DNA from: Eledone cirrhosa
Lineage: Eukaryota
NCBI GenBank assembly: GCA_964016885.1
Contig: OZ024742.1
Location: 208,134,001-208,198,000 of the forward strand
DNA: 64,000 nucleotides
Reading direction: 5' to 3'
A program made the translations under genes and the position numbers. The notes beneath the pieces were generated by a model. The model was given only the letters and a program-made list of their open reading frames with translations, was not told where the DNA came from and searched no databases. This document shows, one piece after another, positions 26,729 through 43,196 of this stretch (the first letter of the stretch is position 1; each line of letters begins with the position of its first letter).

Positions 26729-26795
26729 TATTTTGTCTGAGGAAGGCATAACATATTTTTTAATATGATATCCCAGAAATATATATAACGAAATA
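26729..26795 (+). ncRNA. Minimal type I hammerhead motif in a short repeat
   Basis: TATTTTGT-CTGAGGA...GAAA-TATATA-TA-ACGAAATA; 8-bp stem I and imperfect stem II. Confidence 0.6.
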
Positions 26796-26858
26796 AATAT
26801 GGTTTTATAAATATAGTTTCCATTTGTTTAATATCGTATATATATATATATATATATA

Positions 26859-29304
<2,446 letters not shown>

Positions 29305-29397
29305 ATGTATGTAAAAGGTAAACCGAAATAACAACACAATCGGTACAGTATATGGAAGGGATATATTAGTTTAACGCTTGATATGGCAGGAAGAGGG

Positions 29398-29433
29398 TCT
29401 TAACCTTTCGGACGCTATTCCTTCATCAGAAGA
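29398..29433 (-). ncRNA. Minimal hammerhead motif, partly degenerate
   Basis: TCTT-CTGATGA-aGGAatagcgTCC-GAAA-GG-TT-AAGA. The adjacent 29310-29385 matches 16377-16450. Confidence 0.5.
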
Positions 29434-30352
29434 AAGAATGAGAAATAAGATAGATTCCGGGGACGGGCGGGATGGAATTGGAAATAATATCTTTAATTAA
29501 AAATAATAGGTCCATTCATGTTGACATCTCTTGCAGAACTGTGCTTTTATGCAAAAATGTATATCTGGGTATTTCGAAAGAAGGAGAGTGAGAAAGAGAG
29601 TGAATGTGTGTTTGTGTGTATGTGAATGTGTATTTGTACATTCTAGCGAGACAGATACAGAGATTGAGTAACATTTTTCATGCCTATTTATATTTACCCA
29701 TAAGACTCTGCAACTATATAAATATATCTCAACACACAAACTATCATTTACGTACATATAAATATATTTATGTATCCACATGCATACAACACATACAACT
29801 TATTTCTATGCGGCTATAGAAGAAAGGGTACAAATGTATTTATATGAAAAAAAATATAGACATTTAAATTGATCGTAGATTCCTAATTTCGTTTGTTACT
29901 GCCAATTGACTTTCCAGGTGGCAAATATACAAGCCAACTTATGATGTTCCGGTGAAATTATCTTTCAGTTTATTTACTTTTCTTTAGTCTACATTTGCCA
30001 ACAGTCTGTGTTGGCGTCATTCTTATATTTTCTTACTATGTTATTTATTATTTTTTTTTTTTTTTGTCATACATTTTTTGAAAGTCATATTTGAACAGTT
30101 GAAGACTAGATTCCTAATGTAAGTTAATATATAGCACCGTATAGGTTATTTAGTTATTTGTTTATTAGAGTGGTTTACAATCTTCAAAACTGATGCGCCA
30201 TATGAACAAGGTCATTTGAGATTCTTAAGAGAGTGCGTTTATCAAATTTGTTGAAATGGCGTGAGCTCAATTGTTGGGAACTAACAACTTATATTTAATT
30301 CGTTTTTTATTTGTTTTGTGGGATTTCTTATCTGAAAACGTGTGTTGAAACA

Positions 30353-30899
30353 GATATTGTTATACTTTGGTAGGGTCATGCTACCAATAAAAACACACGC
30401 ACCTCTTAGTTTTCACTATGGTTTTATTTTGTGTCTCTCTTTTGGTTTGTCCTACACCATCTTTTGTTTGTGTGTTTTGTCTTGTGTGCTTAGTTTACGC
30501 AAGCATTATATTCGGGTGTGTGTGTTTAATTATTTATTCATGTGTTTATTTACTTGTCACTAGTGGGTTGTTTGTTCTATCTGTGTGTGTCTGATTTGTT
30601 TTGTTAGTTTGGTTTTTGTGTGTGTTTGTATGTCTTCATTTTGTCCATAATTACTAGTTGTCCTGTTGCTATTCCACTCATTCCACAAAAACAAGATGGT
30701 GTAGGACAAAACAAAGGAGACACCAAATAAAAACCTAGTCACTGAGGAGGTCACAGAATGTGTGACGAAAGAGCTTTGACAATATATAAACATCCTTCCG
30801 GTTATCGAACCAACGGAAACCTATAATAAATTGAAGTGAAAACCAACAAGTGCGTCTGCTTTTATTGGCAGCATGACCCCCTCTAAAGTATAACAATAT
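30353..30899. repeat. Short inverted-repeat element with hammerhead
   Basis: 30353-30470 is the reverse complement, with a deletion, of 30688-30899. A related copy lies at 61445-61680. Confidence 0.75.
30738..30780 (+). ncRNA. Minimal type I hammerhead motif
   Basis: GTCA-CTGAGGA-gGTCACAgaatgTGTGAC-GAAA-GAGC-TT-TGAC. Confidence 0.65.
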
Positions 30900-32199
30900 A
30901 TATATATATAAATATATATATGAGTGTGTGGGGGAGGTTATTTGTATATATATATATATATATACAAATAACCTCCCCTATATATATATTGTTATACATG
31001 GGGAGGGTCATATTGTTGTAATAATATTGCCAGAAATAATAACAGAACACACTCACTGTTTGGTTGGCATACGCTTCTGTATCTTTTATATCTCTACAGT
31101 TAATTCATTTGGTCAGCAATGTTTATCATTGACTGACCAACGGTCAAAATTACAGATATAAACACGTATATATAGTCTAACAAAGTTCTTTCGTTGCACA
31201 TCTACAACATCATCAATGGTACTATTATGTCCCTCCTGTTGTATTGTATGTCTACGCTACTTTTATTTTATCTTTATTTATTTATGTATTTTTGTCTTCT
31301 CTGCATATGCGTTTGCGTGTGTGTATAGGGTCTAGTGTGTGTGTTCGCGTTTGGGTGAGATTTTTGGTTATTTTATTCTATCTTAGTTTACTTGTGTGTA
31401 TTTATATGTGTTTGTTGTTATTATGCTTATGTATATCTGTATATATATAAAGACGAAGTTTTCTGTATGTGTGTGTGTGGACAATGTTTAATGAGGGCTC
31501 ATATATTCTAAACCATTCATGAGATTTCTTTGAAATCTTTTACAGAGCTTCTCTTTGCACAAAACCTGTACATGATCTACAAAGGCTTTCAAAAATCGAT
31601 ATTGGGGCCTTTGGTGACATTAAAAAATGTCGGTTATTTGTATGAATTTTCGTGATAAAGTAAGACAAGAGTTATCTTTAAGTAAGACAAGAGTTATCTT
31701 TCGTAATTCGGCTCATTCGGATTTTGATTTATTCTTTGTACTTGAAACAAAAGGTTCGCTTCCTTGAGACTAACAATATCATTTTGCATATTTCACAACA
31801 AGCAATTTCTAACAGATACTAAGTTAAGTTATAGATTTGACATCGTATAATTTATCATTTCAGGCTTGATGTTCATGCATTAAGTGATGTCATAACATTT
31901 ACAATATTATGCTTTGTACATAATAGTGTCTATTATTCACTTCACTTCTCTATTTCATGATGCGCTTTTACTGTTGTCAAAAAGAGACACGATCTCACAT
32001 ATTAATTATTTCGCTGGAATAGTGCCTAATGTTTTCATGTTTATATAAAGTACGTTTTTCTTCTATGTATTCAAATTTACTTTGTTTAATGAGTTACATC
32101 GAAAGCTACTTGAACCGTCCAAAGGACGGGTAGTTAAGCTAGTATATATATATTTATTTATTTATTTATTTATATTTCTCTTAAGTCAGTATTATTTGT

Positions 32200-33620
32200 T
32201 TGGGTGTTGTTGTTAGTCCATTCATTTTTTCTGTTTAGCTTTGACCTTCTAAGCTCTATTTCGCTTGCCTCTCTGATTTACCTACCTGCTGGGTCATTTC
32301 TATGTTTAGATATTATTTTAATTTCTATGTTGTCTATGTTACCGTCATGTTATTGTCTGGCGTGTTCGTATAGTACAGTCCCGTTTTTTCGTCCTTTTAA
32401 TTCCCCCCAGTGTTGGACTATCCTTTCTCCTATTCGTCAAGCTGGCTCGCCTATGTATGTTGTTGTCATGTTTCTGCAAGTACCCTCTGTACATCTTATG
32501 CTATAGACTACATTTCTAGTTTTACAGTTTATCTAGGGGTTTACTTTACATATGAAACATTTCCTATTAGTACAGTGGGTTTTCTTAAAAGGGAACGTTT
32601 TGCTGATCAGGGATTTTATGGTAGTTCCTGGTTTTTCTACCACTTAAATCTTTAAGAGGGTCTCTCTACTTAGTTTAGCTAATTTCCCTCCAGTGGTAGC
32701 GTCCCCGAACATGACACTCTGATATCTCTGGTTGTAGTACCATGAGGTGACTTTCCCTATCTTATGCTAAGCTATTCCATTATTTCCCTATCTAAGCTAT
32801 TCCATGATATGTTCCTGTATAATGGACACATTCCTTTCATGTTCAGTTCTATGAGGGTCTTATACTTCTCCATGGCTCCTTCGTATACTCTGATTCTGTC
32901 TCTTTGGCTGTAGCCAGAGAACTGCATGCGGTTGATGAAGTGTTGGATGAAGTCTTTCCATTTCTTTTGGGTCGCACATGCGGGACACATTCTTCATCAC
33001 TCATACCATGTCTGCGATCAGAATATTAAACTTACCACTACTGGACATTGCTGAGTTTTTGAGTATCAGCTATTTGGAGGCCATGAGTTTAGCGTAGTGT
33101 GAGTGGAGAATTTGCGCCCTCTCGTCTATAGTGTTAATCCAGAGTTCTAATACAGGTAGTATATTGTTAGGGTGTTTGGAAGGGTTGTCGATAGTTACAG
33201 TTATACCCTGGTGTATGGAGATAGCTATCTGCTGGATGCTTTCCAATGTGCTACATTCTAAATCATATTTGTTAGTACTCCCATGTGGGGGTGTCGTTAT
33301 TACTATATTAATATCGTCTTCGTAACGAGATTACATGATGAGGTCTATGTAGCTTTAATCAAGGAGATATTTGAGTCTCCTTTCCCACCATACCATGAAA
33401 CGTTTGGCAACGTCACCAGCTATGCTGACGCCAATGGCTGCTCCTTCATCTTGGGTGTAGACCTTCTCGTTGAATTTGAACTATTATGAAGAGAGATAGG
33501 TTTTTGTTTTTGTTGCACTCATTGATTCTGCTGAGGAGGTGCTCTGTATTGTCGCATACATCTGGAGACATCTTGATTATGAGGCGTATAACCATTGAGA
33601 CGAAGTAGGAGATCCTGTAG
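32200..33620 (-). mobile_element. Decayed Penelope-like element of a different (Nematis/Neptune-like) lineage
   Basis: Minus-strand GAAIGVSIAGDVA, RYEDDINI (YVDD-like), VTIDNPSKHPNNILPVL, MQFSGYSQRDR and a GIY-YIG-like YIGEPA*RIGERIVQH. Many lesions; the clade call is tentative. Confidence 0.7.
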
Positions 33621-33754
33621 TTGCTAACGATATTGGCTCCGCATATAGGTCTTGTTGGTGGTCCTGTTGTCGGGTCGTCGACTGTCTTATATAGAAATAT
33701 ATATAGTAATAATATATATATATAGTAATATAGTAATATATATATAGTAATAAT

Positions 33755-33864
<110 letters not shown>

Positions 33865-34175
33865 CAGTTTAGCCCGGCGTTGCTCGGGTTTGATCATTTG
33901 CTATGAAAAGTTACATACAGGTAAACGTAGCTTGAAAGCGCAGAATCTTTTCAATTAAGTGCACAAACCAGTTGGACCGGTTATTAAAAGTTACGAACCA
34001 ATTAGCATTTTGGAAATCAATGATGGGTTAATAATCTTCCAATAGCGAATTTAGTAGACCAAAGTTGCAAGATGGTGGCCCTGATGCCGCTGGGTGTCAG
34101 ATCTGTCCGCTATGGGTGACCCTACCAGTTTTCCAGATGGCATAGCTCCAACACTTCCAACACCTGCACCAACAT

Positions 34176-35978
34176 CTATAGCACCTCTTGGTAGACGATA
34201 TTGCGTGTCATCCCTTGAGGAGTATAAGCAAAAAGTCCATTCCTGCTCCCTACGCGGGAACAGGCAACATAAAGTTGGCCATGGGAGAAGCATGGCTCCC
34301 CCAAATGGATGCCAGCCACCTACAATGTTTGCCCTTGTGTATTGTTAATGGACATGGCAAAACATGGTCTCACCGGGAATTGGGATCGCTGGAAATCGAA
34401 CGGGATATCTGACGCCGAGAGGAAAAGGTTCATACTTGGAATGAAAACATTCTCCCCTCTCCCTCACCCCGTTACAATGGTGGCCTCAATTCAAGTGGGC
34501 GTCATTGACTTGACGACCATGCGAGTACCGTTGCACTGCGTTGGTGGACGCAAGTTCCTTATTAGCATAATGGGACAGCCAACCCTAAGCTTAAGAATGT
34601 GACGTGGGAGCCCTGGCGGTTCAAGGCAATTTAATAACTCAACCGTATAATTAACGATATCATCGAGGTCTGACGTCCGGTCAATAGATTTGAAGATGTG
34701 CTCTTTACCGGGGATCTTCTCAATGAGCTGCTCGTTAATAAAATTAACCATGGTATTTTTCGGAGCATGGATGGCTCTTTCGCTGAGCCAATCGAGGTTT
34801 TTAAAGTTAGATGAGACATTAGGAAAAACTGCTTCCCAAAGGTCAGAAGGGTTGCTCACAATGTTGCACAGGGAGTCGATTGCTATGCCGCCCTTGTCAA
34901 CCGCAGGGACCTTGCCTTCACCAAGTGCTAAAATATTCTGAGCAAATGCTGCAGACATGTTGTCACCACGAAAATGAGCACGCATATTTGTGCTCAGGTA
35001 CAAACTCTTCACATAGATCCACAACATGGACGCCTTAAGGCAGGCACGCACTTCATCAGCTCTTGTCCCTTTGGGGATGACAGGCAGCGTTTGCCCCAAA
35101 TCCCCTGATAGCAGAAGGGTTACGCCACCCATAGGAGCCGTAGATTCCCTAATGTATTTCAAGGTACCGTCCAATGCCTCAAGAGCACCCTTGTGTGCCA
35201 TTGAGCACTCATCCCAAACAATGAGGCAACATTTTTTGAGAACCAGAGCTTCTTGTGAACTCTTGCTGATATTGCATGTTGGTGTCTCAGTTTTTACTAA
35301 ATCCAAGGGGTGTTTAAAGGTTGAATGTGCTGTCCTGCCTCCCGGCAGAAAAGTAGCAGTGATCCCTGACGATGCAATGGCCAACGCAATTTTTTTCTCC
35401 TGACGAATCTTAGCGAGAATCAATTTCGTTACATAAGTTTTTCTGGTACCCCCAGAAGCATCGAGAACGTAAATACTCCCAGTCTGATTTAGATCCGCGT
35501 CAATGATAGTTAAATAGGCCAACCTTTGGTCCGACAGAAGTTTGGGCTCATTTTCCTCTAAGTATTGGGAAAGAGATTCGATGTCATATGCTGTTTCCCG
35601 CAATAAATCCGGGGCCAACGTGTTAGCTTCCTCTCTGACGGTTGACGACAAGCCATACGTCGCCAACTCACTCCCTCCCATGTCCAGGAGGGCGTCCTCG
35701 ATATCAATGAGTGCCCTGTTGTAGATAATGTTGCTGTAACCAACTTCCACTGAAGTATACTGCATATGAGCCAGGCGCAGGAAGTCCTCAGACGAAATCT
35801 CTGTACTTGACCCATAAAGATTTGGGATCAACCAATTCACACTTTTGAAGCAAAATGGCAAAGAGGTCCCGTAGCACTTTAGGTGATTTATCTGATTTGG
35901 CGGCGATTTGGTTCGTAAAGTAAACCTTTTGTCTATTTTCCAAATGTACCGCAATCTGTACGATGGCGGGGGGGACAT
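34176..35978 (-). pseudogene. Helitron PIF1-family helicase, disrupted
   Basis: LDASGGTRKT (degenerate Walker A), GGRTAHS, IVWDECSM, GDLGQTLPV, LCNGTR-like QCNGTR, then frameshifted FSHGQLYVACSRV..NIVYQEVL*. Confidence 0.9.
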
Positions 35979-36713
35979 TGGTTTTGGGGTAAATCAAATA
36001 GGCGCCAAAAAGCTTCATTACTACTGATGTACCGCTCCGCCAGGTATTCTGTGACCTCGTCCCTGCTATTTTCAGCTTGAAATGCGAACATTGCGGCATC
36101 AGAGCACTTATTTACATATTTGTATATGTATTTTATCAACTTGATGGAGATGCAAAACTCAACGTTGATGTGGGCGTTGAACATCCTCAAGAGAAGCGGG
36201 CAGTATGGGACCACTCATCTATTGTCGACTTGACATCCCCTTACTGTTGTGGTGAAGCCACCGTTATCGGGCCGTCTCCGCTTGTAAAGGGGGTACCCGT
36301 CGCCACCATCTGAGTCGGGTCAACATATTCTTTTTGGTATCCCTTACTGCACGAACCCCCTTTCAGACACGTGTGATGCTCATTAGGACCCGACGCACAC
36401 GGACCATGTTAGCTTTGACGATGTCATGTAATTCCCGGTCAGTTGCTGGGTTAGGGATTTCAGCCGAAATGAAGCTGTCTATGACATTTGAATTGATTTT
36501 GTCAGCTAACCAAATCAAAATGTGAGCATGTGACAGCTCTCGTTTTTGCCATTCGACGGTGAACATGTCACATTTTACAGCCCCAAATACCCGACCTTTT
36601 TTTATTAAAGCCATGAATTTAGCCAGTTTCAGACTGAACACTCTGGCAATGAGGTCATGTCTGTTCGAATAATTTTGCCCAGCAAAAAGTTCACGGATTA
36701 CATTCCGATTCAT
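35933..36713 (-). pseudogene. Helitron Rep (HUH endonuclease) fragment
   Basis: VEWQKRELSHAHILIW (HUH motif), ISAEIP, HINVEFC and KYIYKYVNK (Y2 motif). Confidence 0.9.
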
Positions 36714-37938
36714 ATGTCTATAGCATTAATCTGTTATATGAAGTGTTATATTGCGGGTTGTTATTTGCAATAAGCCGATTGAAAATGCCCCAAATAAGCC
36801 GTGTTGCAGTGTTGTCATATAAGGAGTGAAGAGCGATATAGAGAGTAAAGCAGTTAAATTATAGAGAGGGGGAATATACGGAACGCTCCATTTGATCAAA
36901 TACATTGTTTCTCTCTCTGCAGTGGCGTCATATAGGGAGTGAAGAGCGACAGAGAGTAAAGCAGTTAAATTATAGAGAGAGGGAATGATCATGATCGATT
37001 TTTGCCCTTATTGTTGATTGATTTGAAATGTTTTTGCTTCAATACCTTCTCCTGACCAAAACCAATAATTGTCCCGACTTTGAATAGAATCCCGTAAAAA
37101 AATGTTCTCATTAATTTTTGTCTCATATTGAGAAAAACAAAGAAAGAAAATTACAAGGACAACAATAAAATATAATGTCTTTGTTGAGAATCATATAAAC
37201 AAATGCTTAAGCGTCGTTATTGTTACGTTTGTTGTTTTATAAATTCATCTGTTGCTTTTGAATATTTGTTATTTGATGTAAAATGTAAGTATGGAAAATG
37301 TAACGTTGAGAGAGCAGTATGTATTTAGTGTTATCGGCTTTTAAAATTTTGATATTTGATGTATGAGTGTCGCTTAGTTATCAAAGTTTTTTTCGCGTCC
37401 CCGAACGAAGAGGGGGAATGATCTATTATACAGAAAGTGAAGAGCGACGGAGAGAGTGAAGCTAGTGTTAAACCTCGAAGCATGAAGAGAGTAAAGCAGT
37501 TAAATTATAGAGGGGGGAATAATCTATTGTAGAGAGAGGGAAATGCGACGGAGAGAGTAAAGCTATGGTTGTTGCATAAATCGATGTGTTGCTTAGCTTT
37601 GAAAGTTTGTCTCGCGTTTCTTCAAAAGAAGTTTTGTCGTTGTTCTAATTTGTAACCTTTTAAAGAGAGTTGCAACATGTATGTAGTTTCATATATTTTT
37701 GATGGTAGTAGTGAGAGGAATGAAGCGAGTAAGAGAGAGGGTTACAGCATGTATTTAGTTTTATCGATTTATAATTACGCGTTGACCTGCCCTGGTAAAT
37801 TTGGAGCACATTGGGAATAAATCATCAAAATCGGTAGAGAAATGTGGAAATGCATAAGAATGATACACACACACAGACAGACATCTACCATTTTATATAG
37901 AGTGAGATAGTAATAACAATAATAATAATAATAATAAC

Positions 37939-38319
37939 ATCATGCCTGATTGTGGATGTGGCCTGCCCATTCGACACGAGAGTGAAAGAGAAGGAGAGGG
38001 AGAAAATTAACCGATACGAGGACTTAAAGTGGGAGGTAAAAAGGATTTGGAACTGCCATGAAGTCAAAGTGGTCCCGATTGTCATAGCCGCACTAGGTAC
38101 TATCTCAAAAAGTTCCCAGGGATGGTTAAAGAAAATTGGCCTCGCCCCGCTTTTTGGAACACTTCAAAAGGCATGCTTGCTGGGAACAGCAAGAACTCTC
38201 CGATACGTCCTGAATATCTGAGGCTGCAGGTAGTGGGTTGATATTCATTTCAACAAACTTTCCAGTTAACTAACATCAATGACTGAGACTCAAAGGATAA
38301 CAATAATAATAATAATAAT
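37939..38319 (+). mobile_element. 5'-truncated Dong LINE copy inside (TAA)n
   Basis: Matches about 12021-12375, with (TAA)n on both sides. Confidence 0.92.
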
Positions 38320-38345
38320 CTGTTATTTTAATAAATATATATATA

Positions 38346-41300
38346 TAGGAAAAAGTATGACCTCGACGGCAGAGCTCAAGCCGTTTCGACGGCTATTTCT
38401 GGACTAAATTAGAATTTTTATCCTGGTGAATAAATAGCCGAACTTTTCAACGGGGTATTTCCTTATATGGGAAGATTTTAGTTGTCAAGAGGATCAGTTA
38501 AAATTTGTTGTAAACACAAATACGTCTATCATGCCATTTGGTGTGAGGTAGTGGTGGCTGAACTTGCCTGTAGAACAATAGAGGAGTGAGTGGAGCGGTC
38601 AAGCGTTGAAAGTGATATGTATACAGCAGATTCTAAGGCTAGTGTATGAAGTGGAGGAGGGAGGTTATAGAATAGGTAAATCGAATGAGAGTAGGAGACA
38701 ATAAAAGATAACAGAAAGAAATAAATAAAAAAAATATATGAAATTAGATAGTGAGAAACGAATAAAAGAAATCACAATGTTAGGTGTGGTGCTGTAGGAG
38801 AGTTTAATGGTGTTTATCCGCTAATGAGAAGATATTCGACGAACACGCGCCTCATTACAACCAGGCCCTCAAGCGGACTGTCTTCCGGGAGGAAATATCC
38901 TTTTATCCAGCTTCCCTTAGCGGATCCAGCAGGCGACTACGCCGCTCACGCAACGTAACGTGGTTCAATCCTCCCCATAATGCCGAGGTGGAAATACCTG
39001 TCGGGAAAATCTTCTTTAGACTCCTCGAAAAACACTTCCCACTACAACACCGCTATCACAACATAATCAACAAAAACACCATTGTAGTGACCTACATTCC
39101 GCGGGCTCACATACATTCTCTGTGCGTGATTTGGCTCAGCTCAGCCAATCAGCGCCAGTAGAAGAGGATGTATCCCTACGCGTTCTGAGGGAGAAATAGC
39201 CCGCAAAGATTTGAGGACGCTATCACTTCCAGTTAAACCGTGCTAAGGTAAACACCACTTGTTCTTTTGCTCCGCCAGCACAAATATTATGTAACGACAC
39301 AACAATTTTACTACGGAATTGGCTAAACGCCTCAGGCAGTCGACCGTATTTTCTCTTGTAATCTTAATTGATTTGTTTTATTTCTCTTGGCATGCCAGCT
39401 CAACCTCTGTTAATAAATAATGTAAAACCAAGTTAAAGTCGTTGTCGATATTCCTATCCTGTCTTTCTACCAAACCTGGTTCCTCGTGGCGACATTACAA
39501 CTCTCTAAATACTTCTCCGCAAAATTGTCGACCCTCGACGATTAAGTATGAAAACGCAGCTTATTTGAATTGGCCATTCGTTTTAATGGCTATGTGGAGT
39601 GGCTTAACATTTGGAGTGTTCGACTCGGGTAGCTAGACGCACTTAGCGTAAGTCCATAACATTCATAATATTCCATTTGTTGAAGCACGCGGCCTGCACA
39701 ATATTTCTGTCATAACTTTCATGGTAACACTAGTAACTCACGCATACAGACGAACACAAAAATACAAGACAAACAAAAATTAATTTAAAAAAAAAGGATT
39801 TCTCTGGATATAGAATTTTGCTTTCAACATTCTGTTAAAATTACAAATGGAGACTCAAAAATTTTGTTTTCCCGCGTACATTTTGTCTTCTTCGATCCCA
39901 GCCGTCTGATTGGCTGCGTCGTGCCACATGACGGCTTCTTCATCAGAGGCGCATTTTTCAATCGGCCATCTTGCCGAATAATTTTCATGGAGAATAATTT
40001 TTTTTGTTGTTCGAATTTTCTTTCGAATATTTTTATTAAAAAAATTACCAGTATTTCAAAAACTTTTCGCCACGAGGAAATTTCAAAACGGCTACCACCA
40101 AGTACCAGCCATCAGCAGCAACACATGGCTAACTATTAACCAACACCAGGGAACGGCTTGTAACTTTACCGACGCAACCACCATACCTTCTGTCTCGTTA
40201 CCACAAGGACTCGAGAAATTAAGACATTAGTTTTCTCACCATTATGGCGTCAGACGTGGCGGCCATATTGGTGACTCTGCGTTCTTCAACGCTCGACTTC
40301 TACTCTACAGAAGATTCATTGTGACTTTGCTTTAACAACAACTCTACTAGCTCCCTAGTAAGAGTGTTCCCAAACAAAAATGAAGCAAACTTTTTGTTAA
40401 AAGAAAAGAAACAATTCTTTCTTTCTTCCTTTTTTTTCAAGCATTTATTTTGGACATTTATTTTTTTTAAAACTGTATTATATGAAAATTCATTTCTCTC
40501 TATCATTGTATATATGACCGCAGGCACACATTTTCTTTGCGGTATTACATGCCTGCATATATACACACACCAACATGTTGTTATCTATGGTATGTGATCT
40601 TCAAGCGTCGTAATATTCTGCGAGATCCCTTTTCACCTTCTGGAGGTACCAAAACATGCTATCGACACTTGCAGCTTAGTTCACCTGCACCGCAACACGA
40701 GAATGCTAATTGCAGCTTAACTCAAACAGTTTCACATCTCGTTGCACATTCATCGTCCATAACAACCTGTATCTTGTTATCTTCCCCAACTCACCGGGAA
40801 AACAACAAATAGAACTGGACTTGTCAGCATTTTCACCACTTCTGTGGATTCGCCCGAATTATGGAACTGCAACCCACCTACAGATTCAACTTGCTTTTTT
40901 TTTCTTATCAAAGCAACCAGCCATTTTTTCCTGGCTCCCTAGCACATTCGGCAATACATCTGGGAGGCCAACATTTTCTCGCCTACCCATCATCTTCTTG
41001 CCAGCACTGGTAAACTACTATAATAGCTTCGTCCACAGCTACTGGTACAACACTTACCATTAACATTTAATGCAAGAACAGCAACTTCGCCCATGTCAGA
41101 CTTTATCTGTTTTCTGGTAGACCTTTGGTGGTCACGTATAAACTACAAAACAGCTAGTCATTTGACAGCGGCTCAAAACGGCCCGTCACGATTCATTTAT
41201 TTTTCTTTCATGCATGTTTCTGCTCAATTATTTTTTCACTGATGTGCTCTTTCAGCATTTGTTCTTGCTGATTCAATAATCTGTGGGTCCTCGGCTTCAT

Positions 41301-43196
41301 CGTTAACGATTTTCGGCTAAAAATCTTCTCGGAGGTGATGTAGTGACCTACATTCCGCGGGCTCACATACATTCTCTGTGCGTGATTTGGCTCAGCTCAG
41401 CCAATCAGCGCCAGTAGAAGAGGATGTATCCCTACGCGTTCTGAGGGAGAAATAGCCCGCAAAGATTTGAGGACGCTATCACTTCCAGTTAGACCGTGCT
41501 AAGGTAACCACCACTTGTTCTTTTGCTCCGCAAGCACAAACAATATGTAACGACACAACAATTTTACTACGGAATTGGCTAAACGCCTCAGGCAGTCGAC
41601 CGTATTTTCTCTTGTAATCTTAATTGATTTGTTTTATTTCTCTTGGCATGCCAGCTCAACCTCTGTTAATAAATAATGTAAAACCAAGCTAAAGTCGTTG
41701 TCGATATTCCTATCCTATCTTTCTGACAATGATGGTTCCTCGTGGCAACATTACAACTTCTAAAATATACCTCTCCGCTAAATTGGTGACAATATACCTA
41801 ACACCAAACCATCAAACTCTCCTACACCACCACACCTAACTTCGCACAAAACATCGTCTCCTCAGACAACAACAAAACTCAACCCCTATGGAAGAAATAA
41901 CCTAGACATCAGTGGAGAGCCGACCAGGAGGTGTAACTGCCCTGATAGAACTACGTGCTCCTCAACAACAAATGGCAAGAACGTAACGTGATCTACCAGT
42001 GCAACGTGAGGACGGACACCTCCAACAAAGCTTATATAGGATTAACCGCGTGTGACTTCAAGACCCGGCTCTACCAACACCGACATACTTTCCGAAACCC
42101 GGTCCGACGACATGCCACTACACTTTCAGGCCACATCTGGGACCTCAAAGATAATAAGACAACCTAGAATCTCACTTGGAGTTTACTGTCCAAAGCTAAC
42201 TCTTACACGGGAGGACGCTGTCCGTTTAACTTATGCTCGGAGGAAACATTACAAATGCTGTTTTCGAAGGACCAACTCCTAAACAAGAAAGGGTAACTGG
42301 TAACCGCATGCAAACACAGATTGCGTAGGAGTAACCTCGCCCTCAAACCCCATAACGACCCGGGTGGGTAGACAAGGGCTGATACCCCCTACTAGCCGAA
42401 TAAGTTAGGGGAATCCCCAGCTTACTTAGGTAGATGTATCTCTTTTCTTTTCTTTTCTTCTTTGTCTTCTTCCCCCTGTTTCTTTCCACCCCCTATTTTC
42501 TTCCTCGTCTGCTTTTCCTCTTTGCCTACCCCGATGCAGCCCATCGGGCCTCTGTAGCATCAGTTCCCCCACCCCTGTAATTGTAACTACTTATAACAGA
42601 CGTGTTAAACCCCTTTAATTCTGTATCACTTCTGGTACTACTCATTTTTTTCTATTCTCAACTTATTAACCTGTAATTGTAAGATATCATTGTTATTTTT
42701 TATTCATTTCTCACTATCTAATTTCATATATCTTTTTATTTTTATTTAATTCTATTATCTTTTATTGTCTCCTACTCATATTCGATTTACCTATTCTATA
42801 AACTCCCTCCTCCATTTCATACACTAGCCTTAGAATCTGCTTTATACATATCACTTTCAACGCTTGACCGCTCCACTCACTCCCCTATTGCTCTACAGGC
42901 AAATTCAGCCACCCCTACCTCCAACCAAATGCCATGATAGACTTATTTGTGTTTACAACAAATTTTAACCAATCCTCTTGACAACTACAATATTCCCATA
43001 TAAGAAGTACCCCCTTGAAAAGTTCGGCTATTTATTCACCAGGATAACAATTTTAATTTAGTCCAGAAATATCCGTCGAAACGGCTTGAGCTCTGCCGTC
43101 GGGGTCATACATTTTCCTATTTCCCACTCTACTACCCTAAGTATTGAGTACTCTGGTGAGTTATGATCCATCTGGTTCCTTACCACAATTCCTTTG

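Noticed and set aside
29900-30270. Candidate host exons with AG/GT signals
   Set aside because: Stops in the candidate frames and no recognisable protein.
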